DNA of 64,000 bases. Origin: Chlorokybus atmophyticus (taxonomy: Eukaryota > Plantae > Mesostigma and Chlorokybus algae). The position numbers and the translations under genes were made by a program. This document shows, one piece after another, positions 11,901-23,849 of this stretch. The stretch is taken from positions 62,001 through 126,000 of the forward strand of contig RHPI01002836.1 in assembly GCA_009103225.1 (NCBI GenBank), written 5' to 3'. The number at the start of each line of letters is the position of its first letter. Position 1 is the stretch's first letter. The notes under the pieces are model-generated. The model was given only the letters and a program-made list of their open reading frames with translations, did no database searches and had not been told where the DNA came from.

Positions 11901-13123
11901 TTTTCTTCATATTGACTGACACTTCAGGAGGTGTAGATGGGTCTTGTCACGCGGTTCGGCACTTAGTGAACCGATTTTGACCAATCCTGATGCTGGTGGG
12001 GGCGCACAAGGGGTGCAAGGGAGAAGTGCGTGCCGAAGGTCATTACTGTGACATTACATTACACATTAAGTTCACAGTGTGATAACTTTCACATTCCAGG
12101 TATATGTTTATGTCTGCTTTTATGCATATGATTACATGCCGTATATAGATGGGCCATACACTCACCATTTGACAGCATCACTACAACCGGAACTTGCCTC
12201 AACAAAGTATGTATCGTAAAGACACGTACATCACAATCTGAAAATAACTATCACATGCATTAAGTTGTGAATTTAATAAGTTGTCAATTGTAGTATATGT
12301 TGCATAGATTTGTAGTATCACTATAGCGAAAGGTTGAAACAAAAAATAAGTGAAACGAAAAATAATTTGCAAAGGTGAGTGTGGGTTGTAATGTACGTGG
12401 CTCTACGGTAGATGTTGCTCAATTTGTGTGGAAGGAGACGCCAACTGTGTTGTCAACTTGTCAGCCTACCTGTGCCCACCCACACGGTGACTCACACCCC
12501 GTTAATGGAATGAGCCGTTGCCAAGTATTATTCCCGTAACGGGTAAGATTGCACAGCCGTACGTGCATCGTACGCTGTGCTGTAGAGCTTCTGCCAGCCA
12601 TTGTGCCACGTCAATGCCAGCTCCATGATCGAGGTGCGAATTTTGAGGCTCGCGGGGGGGGAGCGACAAAAGTGGACCACAAGCTGAACGCCAGCGTACC
12701 AGTTTGCATTAAATTTTTTTCTCGCAGCCAGAACACACTCGACAGTTCTGGCAGGAAGTTCCGACAGCGGAGTTGGATGCCGTGAGTGCCACTCAAACAG
12801 TCTGGCAATCTAATGTGTGACACAAACTGGCCCAATGCAATCTAGCGTGTAAGGGGCACTTTATCTGTAGGCCTGGCCACTACCGGTCATCATGCATCCA
12901 ACCGTTGGGTTTAAAGCGTCCCTCCAGCCTCATCCTGGCAGTGGGGGCGACGTTTCTGCCCCCTTTCATTTTGGCGTGTGCCCAGCTGGAAAATTCCGTG
13001 GCCAGGAAATCAATCTTGTTGTGGATCACTGTTGGGGTAAGAAGTTACCCGAGCTACCTTTTAGCTTGGGCGTGTGGCAACGAAGGTCAGTTTACGGCTG
13101 AGTGTGAGTGAGTGTTTTTGGGC

Positions 13124-15513
13124 ATGGCGGCGGCGATGGCTGCAGCGGCGACCGCGGCGGGGTCAGCGGTGTCTTCACCTTCAGTGGCTTCGGTGTTCAG
13201 AGTGCCAGCGCCTTCTCGGAGGAGGAGGGCGGCCGTGACGGTGACAGCTTCCGCTTCCAGTGTCAGCCTCCCCCCAACGACTGAAGCGGCGGAGACAGCC
13301 AGGCCTGCTACTGCTGATTCTGCTTCTTCTGCTTCTCCTGCTGCTTCCTCTCCTGCTGCTTCTTCTCCTTCCCGTGGGCCAATCAAGCTCACCAGGCGGG
13401 CTGCCACGACAGCACTGTTCGCCTCGGCCTTGGCACCGCTGGTCGGCTGCCCATGCTGCGTCACTGGCGGGGGAGTGGCGAAGGCGGATGAATGGGGCTA
13501 CGTTGGGGAGAAGTTCAACTGGGGCGGCATGTGTGCTGCGGGCAACACTCAGTCTCCCATCAACATTGAGCTAGGAAAGACTGCTGCTATGGCGGTACGT
13601 GGTTGTTGCGCATCAGCATCTGCTTTGGCTTCAAGCCAGCGATGAGCTTGGCTGTCACTTGAACATCAACCACACATCAGCGCAGCTGGATAATCGCATC
13701 ACGCATTGGGAGTGATATGCTTGCTAGGTTACATCCACTAAGCCACTTGGGTGTTACAGACGGCGCCATACAACATCAACATCAACTACCGGCCGTCCCC
13801 AGCAAGCGTCCTGAACACAGGACATGGGACAATGCAGGTGGGTTGGTACCCCAATTGCCAGATCATCCATCAAGCCGGTCTGCGCTTCTTGTTTTGATCC
13901 GGGCAATTGACAAGGTTGGTATCTAAAATCATGCTGTCTATCGCAGGTGCAATTCCCTCCTGGAGTGTCTGGTATCCGTCTGGATGGACGCGAGTTGGAG
14001 CTCCTACAATACCATTTCCATGCATATAGTGAGCACACAATCAATGGCGTCCACAGCCCCATGGAGTCCCACCTTGTGCATAGTAAGTGCCTGCGTTGTG
14101 TCAGTGCATGAGAATACACCTTTTCACGCCGATGCAAGCATTCGCCTACACAGTCAGTGATAGGGCCGCCCGTTACCAGTAGTACATGCCAAAGGGGATT
14201 GATCTAGTGTTAGGTGCCTTGCGCTGCTGATTCCAGCATGTTGCTTACACACTCAACATGTATGGCACACGCGTTGTGGTGCCAGCGGTTCGACTTGCAC
14301 ACACATATGGGTCGATAGCAGCTGTGTGTGCAGATGGATGCAAGTACAGGCATAGGTTGTGGTGTACTTGGAAGTGCAATGGTGTCACCACCACCATTCG
14401 AACTTGTCTGCACACCTGTAATCGACAGTTACGCTAGGCATGTATGCTCCTTACTGATCGCTCGTGCTGTCTTTCCAGGAGACGTTGCAACTGGCCAACT
14501 CGTGGTGCTTGGGTACGTGTGACTTGCCGCGCCACATCTTGCTGCTGCCTAACCAGCGAATGCAGACAGTGCTTAACCAGCTGCAAATGCAGGACTTTGA
14601 TGGAGAGTCACAGTGAAGCCGTTAAAAATAGTGCCATTTGCTATGGTCTGAAGTTCTCACCCACGACTGCCAAGGAGGAGCGGTAAGCATCACAAATTTG
14701 GCATTATGGAGTGTATGTGTTTGTGTTCTGACCTGTCTGTGTTTGTATCTACGCACAGCAAGCTTCCCCTGGAGTGCGAACCAAGGGGCTGCTATGCTCC
14801 CAGAATAAACCCCATGGACTTGCTTCCTCGCCCAAATGCTGACGTAGGTGGCTTTGCTGTGTTGCTTAGTTGTCTGCTCCATATGCTTGCCATGTGGTAT
14901 GCACAAAGCGTTCGTGATTGAAGCTGACCCTGGGGTGTGTGACAGGGTGTTCGTCCTTACATTACATATGCCGGCTCACTCACCACGCCACCATGCTCAG
15001 AAGAAGTGCTCTGGATCGTGTTCAGTAAGTGCAACTAGACCACATGCTTAGACATGCGCATCCTGTTCTGCCTGCACTGCATGGGTGGCCGGCCTGCTTG
15101 CTGCGTTCAGCGATGCTAGCTCCACAATAAAGCATCTGCTGCATGTCTGCATCGGTTGTGCATCAGTTGACCTGACAAGTGCGTGCTCTGCAGCTGATCC
15201 ACTCCGGGTACCTGGAGAGCAAGTGGTGGACTTCATGAAGTATGTCGGGGAGGGAAGGACATTTGCTTTCAACTCGGTATGTATATCATGTTGTCGCAAC
15301 CCTCGAGCACTGGTTCGTACGCACCACATTGGTTGGCATGAGCTGGGGGTCTGTCCTTGCACTTTTATTGCAGAATTCAGCTGCATGTGCAATATACTTT
15401 GTAGTTCTATAGTGGTGCCTGTAGCATGTGTCCTCACCTGATTGTGCTTGCCTGCTCTGCAGAGGCCTGTTCAACCACCAAATGGCAGGAAAATGCAGTA
15501 TGGCATGATTTGA
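13124..15513 (+). CDS. CAH3: Alpha carbonic anhydrase, thylakoid-lumen CAH3-like (8 exons)
   Basis: Exons are approximately 13124-13594, 13760-13837, 13947-14082, 14479-14513, 14598-14682, 14759-14845, 14946-15024, 15194-15277 and 15463-15513 (a few boundaries may merge). Motifs: [36 protein letters not shown] (the three Zn-His ligands), [16 protein letters not shown] and NSRPVQ. The N-terminus is an Ala/Ser-rich transit peptide followed by TRR plus a hydrophobic stretch and AKA. Confidence 0.9.
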
Positions 15514-16478
15514 GGAACCAGACCGCGGCTACAACCTTAGTTATATATTGTGGCATATCGGCCTTAGTTCTTTTGTGAGATTTTGTGCTGGCGGCAGAGT
15601 GCGATCCAAGCTGAGAGTCACAGACTCAGTCACAGATAATAATGACGGTATACATATGCCGCCGTGCATTGCGATGCTTGGGTTGTGCTGCGTGTCCCTG
15701 CGCGGGAGTGTTGCAGTTGCTGACTGTGTCAGCGCTCTGCTACTTTGCGTCACATCACCTCAGATGCAAGCATTACAGCTTGGTTCTGCTGTGTATTGCT
15801 GCTATGTGCATGCGCGCATGTTGTGTCTGTTCAGTGCTGTCTCCATCTGCAGCTGTGCTTGAATGTGCACAGATTCTGTGTGGATGGCGATCACCTCACC
15901 AGTCAGGAACGTGCGATCACCTCACCTCACCACTCAGGCCATGTAAACATGTAACTTAGTGGCTGGGTGTCTTCGGCGTCTCGTCGCAGCTACCTGCCCA
16001 CTGTGCTGAAGATGCGATACATTGTGCCGCAGCTTTATTTAGCTCTTCCTTCTTCCCCGATGCCACTCGTCTCTGCCTCCTAAACTGAATTCGCTGGCTC
16101 CCCTGCACACACCCAATACAGGAAAGCTTAAGCTCAGGTTTTGAGAAAAGACAACCTGCACGTTTGGAAGTTTTCGCTGAACGTCTTCCGCCACAAACTT
16201 CCTTCCTTCCGCAGGCCTTTCCAAACAAGAAGCTTCCTTCTTCAGGTTTCCGTTTCCAACTGCTCAAGTCGCAAGTTGTTTGAATTTTCACACACGTTTT
16301 CAGTTTTTGCTGCCGCCTCTTCTGCGGCGGTGGTGGCGGAGAAGAAGAAGGCGGGGAAGGCGATAGGTCGTGTGATATACACTCAGTGATATCCTCTCCC
16401 CAATTTGACAGAAGAGGTGGCGCGGCTGCTCGTAATTGTCGTATCGACTTTGTCTGCTCTTGCCTCCTGCCGCGTCAC

Positions 16479-16732
<254 letters not shown>

Positions 16733-16878
16733 TAAGCACGTCTTTGCACACCTGCCTGCCTGCGTATGCGCGAGCGCGTGTGTCTTCTAGGCATGCATGC
16801 AAATCCCCCGCACACTCATCCGCACGCGCCTGCCCCACACACTCCCTGATATGCACTCTTCACACAGTCTGTTCAGCC

Positions 16879-17690
16879 ATGCAAACAAGGTCGTCTTCTC
16901 GCCGTCGCGACACCGCCAGCGCCCACCCCGAAGTCCTGGACAACCGTAACTTTCTGGGTCTCATCGTTAACAAGTTATGTCCGCGGGCCTTGGCATCCTT
17001 CCGCTGCGTGAACACAACATGGACTGAGGCAGCTCACTGATGAGGTGGAGGAAAGATACTACGACACAGCGTGGCCCACATACACGGCATGTGGTATCAA
17101 GGATGTCGTGCGCGGGTGTTACAGGATGTTGGCTCATGCTAGTGAAGACGCATATGTGGCCCTTTTTTTTTTTTTTTACTTTTTTTTTTGTCCTTTCTTC
17201 AAGTGTCAAAGAGGCTGAGAGGAATGAGAAGAGTTTCATGAAGGGGTTCGGGAACAAAGGACGCAATGTGGTCCCGCACATGCACCCGAAAGGCGTGAAG
17301 AGGCTCAAATTGACAAACACAGACTGGTCCGGTGTGGGTTCCATGGTGAGGTGGAGAAGAGTGCGAGACCGGAGGTGTTTATTGTGTGCAAACATGACCT
17401 CAAACTCGCTCGAGTCCAGCTGAGAAGCCAACCCACTTACGTGATGGGCTTCACTGAAAACACTGCAGTGATATCATGGAGCATCCCCGCCACATGTTGT
17501 CCCAAAGAGAGACCGGACAGAATGTACGGGTGCAGAAATTTCTCTGCGTGGTTCGACGTGAAAAAACAAAGTCATGAAGTACGGGAGGTTCAGGCAGCAC
17601 ATCTCCAAGTATGCTATTCCCCCTCCAACCGTGCATAATATGACGGATGCTGTCAAGGAGTACTGCGAAGGTGATGATGTTGGGTTGATG
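16879..17690 (+). pseudogene. F-box-like protein pseudogene, tandem copy 1
   Basis: EVLDNRNFLGLIVNKLCPRALASFRCVNTTW resembles an F-box. There is a frameshift right after it and a poly-T insertion near 17163-17190. It aligns with copy 2 throughout. Confidence 0.55.
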
Positions 17691-18574
17691 AGGGAGGCGT
17701 AGCGTGTTTCTCGCAAGTAAGCACGTGTACTACACGTCGTGTAGTATGTGCAACAATAACACATGTAGGTTATGCATACTCCTCCTTCATAGATCCGCTC
17801 TTTGTTCTATGCTGATTGATGTCATTGATAATAAGCATAGTTGTGTTGTGTGCGCGTATCTGGAGTGCATGCGCAGGACCACGCTCAGGGGTGTGGGTGG
17901 GCGTGCGTGCATACGTGCATGCGCGCTTGCAGATGTGTGTGCATCTGCATGGTTGCATGTTTATTGCACAGCACTTGCAAGACTGTTCACTGATGTAGGA
18001 TTTGAGCAAAGCACTTGAGCAAGGTTTCTGGGTCTATTCTGCATTATTCTGCTTTTGTTGGCAACACAGAGAAGGGCACAGACACGCAGACACTCACTAG
18101 CACTTGACCATGCACGCACGCACGCAATCACACACGCGCGCATGCACGTGCGCGTGCACACACACGCATAATGCGTGTGTTCATCCTCGGTTGCGCTCTG
18201 CATGGCTGCCATGCAGTCGCTAGCTTGCTCATATGTTTAGCGTGACAATCAACCCTCAGACATGGCCTGCGAGCTTGGCGTGTCAGCAGTTCCCTCACTG
18301 CAGGTGAAGGTGTTCGCACCCTGCTGTGCCCACACTTGCTGGCCTGCTTGATATCAGAGCGTTCAATAGACGCCCACATGCACGCACATATTTAAGCACA
18401 TACGCGCGCGCACAATCAGACACGCTTCTGGATGCACCTGTACTCCCATGCCATGCCAGAACACGCACAAGGATCTCGTGCACATGCAACAACGCATGCG
18501 CACGCACGCACGCGCACGCACGCACGCACGCACACCTTCTCTGACATGCTTTCTTACACACCTCCTCTTCAGCC

Positions 18575-19340
18575 ATGCAAACAAGGTCTCACGCCGCCAA
18601 CACGCACGCTCACCTCCTCGACAACCCTCATTTCTTGGCTCTCATCGTCGCCAAGTTGTGTCCGCGTGGCTTGGGGTCCTTCCGCTGCGTAAACACAACA
18701 TGGAGGCAACTCGCTAATGAGGTGGAGGAGAGGTATTATGACACAGCGTGGGCTTCTGATAAAGAGAGTTTTGTGTAAAGATGTTGTGCGCGGGTGCTAT
18801 CAGATGTTGGCTCACGCCCACGATGGTGCGTACGTGGCCTTTTGCGTGGTGAGAAAGGGGGAAGAGATTAGTCTTGTATCCAAGCTGAAGGTGGAGGCTC
18901 AGATGAATCAAGGAAGGAAGAGTTTCAAGTAATTTGTCAAGGCATTCGGGACAAAAGGTTGCCATGTGGTCCCACACGTGCCACCCAAAGGTGTGAAGAG
19001 CCTCAAGTTGGATGTCGATTCCATCAACGAGGTGGCGAAGAGTGTGAGACCGGAGCTGTTCATCGTGTGTTAATGTAATCACAAACTCGCTCGAGTCCAA
19101 CTAAGAACCTCTTCCACCTTTGTGTTGGGCACCGATGACTCGTCCAACTTCATCGTGGCGCATCCTCGCCACGTGTTGCTCTGAGAAATGAGGTGGACAA
19201 CAGGCACAGGTGCTGCCGCCTCACGGCGTGCTTCGATGTGGAGGAGACAGTGCTCAAGTTTGCGAGGTTGGAACAGAGCGGCGGATGGCGCATACATGAC
19301 ATGAAGCACACAGCCGGGAAGGAGTACTGCGAAGGTGGGC
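18575..19340 (+). pseudogene. F-box-like protein pseudogene, tandem copy 2
   Basis: LLDNPHFLALIVAKLCPRGLGSFRCVNTTWRQLANEVEERYYDTAW, then in-frame stops. Its flanks also repeat (gatgta.gatt...gagcaagg at ~17995 and ~19660; gtgaaggtg..gcaccctg at ~18305 and ~19924). Confidence 0.55.
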
Positions 19341-20334
19341 ATGTTGGGTCGACAAGCAAGGCGTGACATGTTTCTTGGCACGAAAGAACTTGTGTAGTGT
19401 CTGTGTAGACATCTGTAGGCTGTGCTGATTTCGCCATGTGGCTGCTCTCTGCTAGGTGTTGATCAACGTTACTCATGTTCAGCACATTCGGTTTGTGAGT
19501 GCGAGCTTGGGTGCATGCGCGTGTGCGCGCAGTTGCGCTTGTGTCCCTCTGTGTGCTTGTGGGCGTGAACGTGTGTGCATGTGTGCGCAGAGAAAGTAGT
19601 TGCATGTTGAACGCACAGCAAGTACATTGAAAGTCTGTTCAGCGAAAAGTGTTCACTGATGTAAGATTATTTGGGCAAGGCAAGATACTTATTGCTGTTC
19701 GGTACAGCATTCTTATTGAGGACAAGCGCACAGACACGCAGGCACTCACTACCACAACACGTTCACACGTACACAACACGCATACACACAACCCGTATTT
19801 GTATCCTTGGTCACGTCCTTGGCATGGCTGCAGCCAAGCTGTTGCCATTGCCGCTTGGACATGTCAGGTATAATAGCAAAGCCTTCAGCCATGGTCTGCG
19901 CTTGGCGTGTCAGGCCTTGCAGGTGAAGGTGTCTGCACCCTGCTTGCTGGCCTGCCTGCATAAGGTGAGAGCGTACATAAGACATACACGTACGAGCATA
20001 CACCCACGAACGCATACACATGCACATGGGCACGCATATAAGCACATGCGCGCAAGCGCGCGGACGCACACACACATATGCCCACGTGGAGACACGAGTA
20101 GCAACTTGGGAAAATGCACAGGTGACCACGTGCAGGCATGCACGCACGCACGCTGCAGGTGTACACAGGTGTACTGTCGACCTGCATGTGCTCAGATGCA
20201 CTTACCGGCACGGCTCGCAGACACAGATGGGCTCCTGACTGCAGGTTTAGTTCAGACAAGGATTCAGTAAGTGTTCAACGCGCACATCGAAACATGTGTT
20301 GCACATTGCCAACATGCGTGAAATGATATCACCA

Positions 20335-20789
20335 TCAGAATGAAGGTCCCTCACCTGGCTGAGGTGAACCAGCGGCTTGACCTTTGGTTCTGGTCTTCAT
20401 CTCCTCTTCCATGCTGGCCTTCATGCACTCGATCTCCGCCTCCATCCTCCTCCTGCAAGTCTGATGCCACAACAACAACATGTTGGGATGCAGGTCTGTC
20501 AAGAGCAGTAGTGCAATCAACATATATACATTTACGCACCTTCTCTTCGAGTATTGCTTCTTCCAGCTGCGAGAGTTTTGACCGCAGCACCGATGTCGTG
20601 CAGCTCGCCATGGATGTCCTCGTACGCAGCGTCGATGTGGTGCCACTCGTCTGCAATATTTATCCAACGGATGAAGATTAGGACATCTAAAAGTGTGTGA
20701 GATGTTATTATGGAACCTACCTTGCGTGATGAGCCTGATACTGTTGACTCCTCGTCTGCGCCGTACTCGGCCCAGAAGCGGTCTGCCAA
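20335..20789 (-). CDS. Small spliced hypothetical (coiled-coil-like) protein
   Basis: MADRFWAEYGADEESTVSGSSRK is followed by gtaggt; downstream segments read KLSQLEEAILEEK|gtgcgt and RRRMEAEIECMKASMEEEM. No family recognised. Confidence 0.3.
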
Positions 20790-22203
20790 CGCCTGCTCTC
20801 TGTTTACTCTCTGTGTGGTGGAGGAGCATCAGTGTCAATATATGTGTGTGCGTGCTTGCGTGCGCGCGCGCGTGTGTGCGCATGCCTTAGTGCGCACATG
20901 CGAGTGTCTGAGTGTGCGAGGTTGTGATTCACAGAGACTCTGAGCAACTCGCTGATCAATTAAAGTCTTTTTGATCAATCAAGTTAGCAATCCGTTCATG
21001 TAGTCAGGACTAGCAGACTACTACTACATGTGCAGATCAGCAGGAACACACGTACATCAGTGACTGCTTCTACATTAGTGACTGCTTCAGTCAATCAAGC
21101 AGTCGATCAACCAACTTTTCACCTCAGTCCAGGCGCGTGCCAGCTGTGCTTGATAAAGATTGTACGCCATTTGAGCTACAGTACTCGAATGAAGATGGGG
21201 GTGTGAAGTGTGGAAGCTATGTGGATCTGTGTCTAGAATAGTGCACTGACTGGTTGGCGCTCATCCACAGGCGTCGCAGCATACCAGGCCATGCCGCACG
21301 GCCTGTGGCCTGGTCCGGCCGCAGGCCAGCTTTCAGTATATATAGAGGCTTACCCCTGGGCTGGCCTGATCTGGTCTGGTCTGGTCTAGTCTGGCCCTGG
21401 ACTGGACTGGTCTAAATGCGCAATATAAATGTACGTACTTTTGCCCTGACATCACGTGTTGACTGCAGTGCGCTGCGTCTGTGACGCGCGTTGCGAAGCA
21501 TGCTCGATCATGCGGACGCTCAGCTGCGGAATAGTCGCCCGCGTCCGGGCGACCGCTGACGGGCAGTGAGGGTTCTACATCGTCTCAGAGTCTACAAGCC
21601 TTCTTCATTGAGCACATAACAATTCTGCACACCGCTGTTATATAACTATAGAATTTGCATCGTGCATCAGCAGGGATGCCGGCTCGTTGTAACGATGTGA
21701 GACGAGGGATGTCGTGACAGTGTGTTATGTGAACAGGATGGAGGCTGAAAGGTAGTTATACAACATTATCCGTACACCAACTATAACTACCACTATCACT
21801 ACACATGTCACTATTGGTGCCCCTATTCCTAGCCTAATCTCATTCCTTATTGAATGACTATCACTACAATTATCACTATCAATACTATAATAACCACAAT
21901 TGTCATTACTGTAATCATCTCTAACCCTATCCTTACCAGTACCATCATTAAAGCTATCACTATCACTACTACTACGAAAGTCACTACTGCTATCCCTAGC
22001 CCTAGCTCTACCACATAATGACACAATATTATACCTTTGATATCACGACACTTACACATGTCATTATTGCAATTAATATCTTTAGCCATTTTTCTACCAA
22101 TACTAATACTATGGTTATACAAATGTTCAGATATATACTTAAGGAAATATTTCGTTCATACACTCATATCATGGTGATAACCCTCCGCACGCACTTCCCT
22201 TTC

Positions 22204-22912
22204 CGTCGCAAAATGTTTCCCCTGCCGGCCGACCAAATATTGGCAACGGCCGTGCACCTGATGATACTCATTTAGATTGTTGACCTTTAGTCTACCGGCG
22301 ATCTCGATACAGGGACCGGCGCATAACGGCCGTCACCATTAGTTGGCGGTCGTCTGCATAAAGGGATTGACCCTAATTAATAAGTACCTGTCAGGTACTC
22401 AACAGTTAAGCAAAGGGAAGCTGACCTAATTAACATGTAACTGACCGGTACCTATCAGTTAGGTACCGGCGACTGTACGCTAACTGAGCGAAATTGTCAG
22501 GTACCTTAAAGTATCTACCGTTAATGATGTTTACTTTTAAAGGTACATGCTGGTACCGCTCAGTCATGATTAGGTGTCACACGTAATTGTCGTCATCAGC
22601 TGTGCAAGAATGCGTGACAAATAATAAAAAACCAAAAAATAATCCAATTACAATGTAATATACCGAGCTACTACTACTGCTGCTAGTACACCTAGACTAC
22701 CACTACTGCTACTACTACCTTAGGTACTACTGCAAGTACTACCCTTGTACTGGGCTGCGGCTCCTGCACCGCCCGCTTCAGCTCCGCCGCCGTTGCCTGG
22801 TCTGGCCTAGCCTGGTCTGGCCTGGCCGCCCTAAGGCAAGGAGGGTGGTTAGCTGGCATGCGGTGTTGCACGTAGTACAACGTCAGACAGCAACCAAGCT
22901 CACCTACTGTTA

Positions 22913-22944
<32 letters not shown>

Positions 22945-23721
22945 TCACAACTCTCTGTTCGACTTGAAGCCATTGACCGTTTGAATAACTTGGGCAGCCC
23001 AAGTTATTCAAACGCGTTTTCGAAACGTGACTCACGTTTCGAGTTGGACTCGCAACGGCATTATCGTATTATTATAATGGTACGAAAGTACCATTGTTGC
23101 AATGGCACTATCGTACCATCAGTATGGTACGATAGTGCCATTGCGACGATGGCACTGTTCGTACTATTGACATAATACGGCGGCGGCATTGTACCAGCGT
23201 TCAACTTGCTGGCCGATACCACCGTCCCGACTTGCCGACCTTTGGGGACCAGCGGTCACTTGCTTATCATACTTGACACACAATAAGTAGGTCGCCGCCG
23301 CGTCAAGTGTACGACCGGCGATCGGCCGTCACTTAATAAATGCGGTAAGGTCACTTGATAGGGACTAACGGTGACTGGCTTGCCAAAGTAGGCAGGCCGT
23401 CGCGCATACCTTTTTACGGTTAGGGTACGACCGTCGGTCGGCCGTCACTGTATGTGACCAAAACGTGACTTATCTGCTATGCAGATAGGCCGCCATCGCG
23501 CAAATGAGACGACCGACAATCGGCCGTCATCTTAAAGTGCGGTGTTGCCGTCACAGGCAGGCCGCCGTCGATTGTATCAATCGGTCGACCACTTGCCGTC
23601 GGTATATGTTGCTTGATTGTAACGGCCGACCTAAAAAGTCCCTTTATGGACCAATCCGTTACGTCAGGTAGGGTCAGGCACCCGTCAGTCCCTTGTCAGT
23701 CACCGTGTAAAATTTGCGACG
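22204..23721 (+). mobile_element. ~1.5 kb non-coding motif-array element, copy 1 (short TIR CGTCGCAAA...TTTGCGACG)
   Basis: Successive blocks of GACGGCCG, GGTACC, (TAC)n/(GCC)n and ATGGTAC motifs. It is the reverse complement of 26616-28149 along its length. Confidence 0.6.
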
Positions 23722-23849
23722 TCGCACTCCTTGTGCCCCTTGACCCAGCATCTGAATTATTGGAACCGGTTCCCTCGGATCATGCCCCGACAGTCAGTGT
23801 GACCAGACCCATCGACGCCCCTCTGTTGCGAACCAATTAGCAGTTGGAG

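Noticed and set aside
11946-12052. TGTCAC...GTGACA segment as the 5' LTR of the gag element, paired with 9221-9324
   Set aside because: The two segments have TG...CA ends but do not align convincingly, and no PBS was found.
21725-22122. Asp/Ser-rich and Val/Ile-rich ORFs
   Set aside because: They derive from degenerate (ACT/ATC)n low-complexity sequence.
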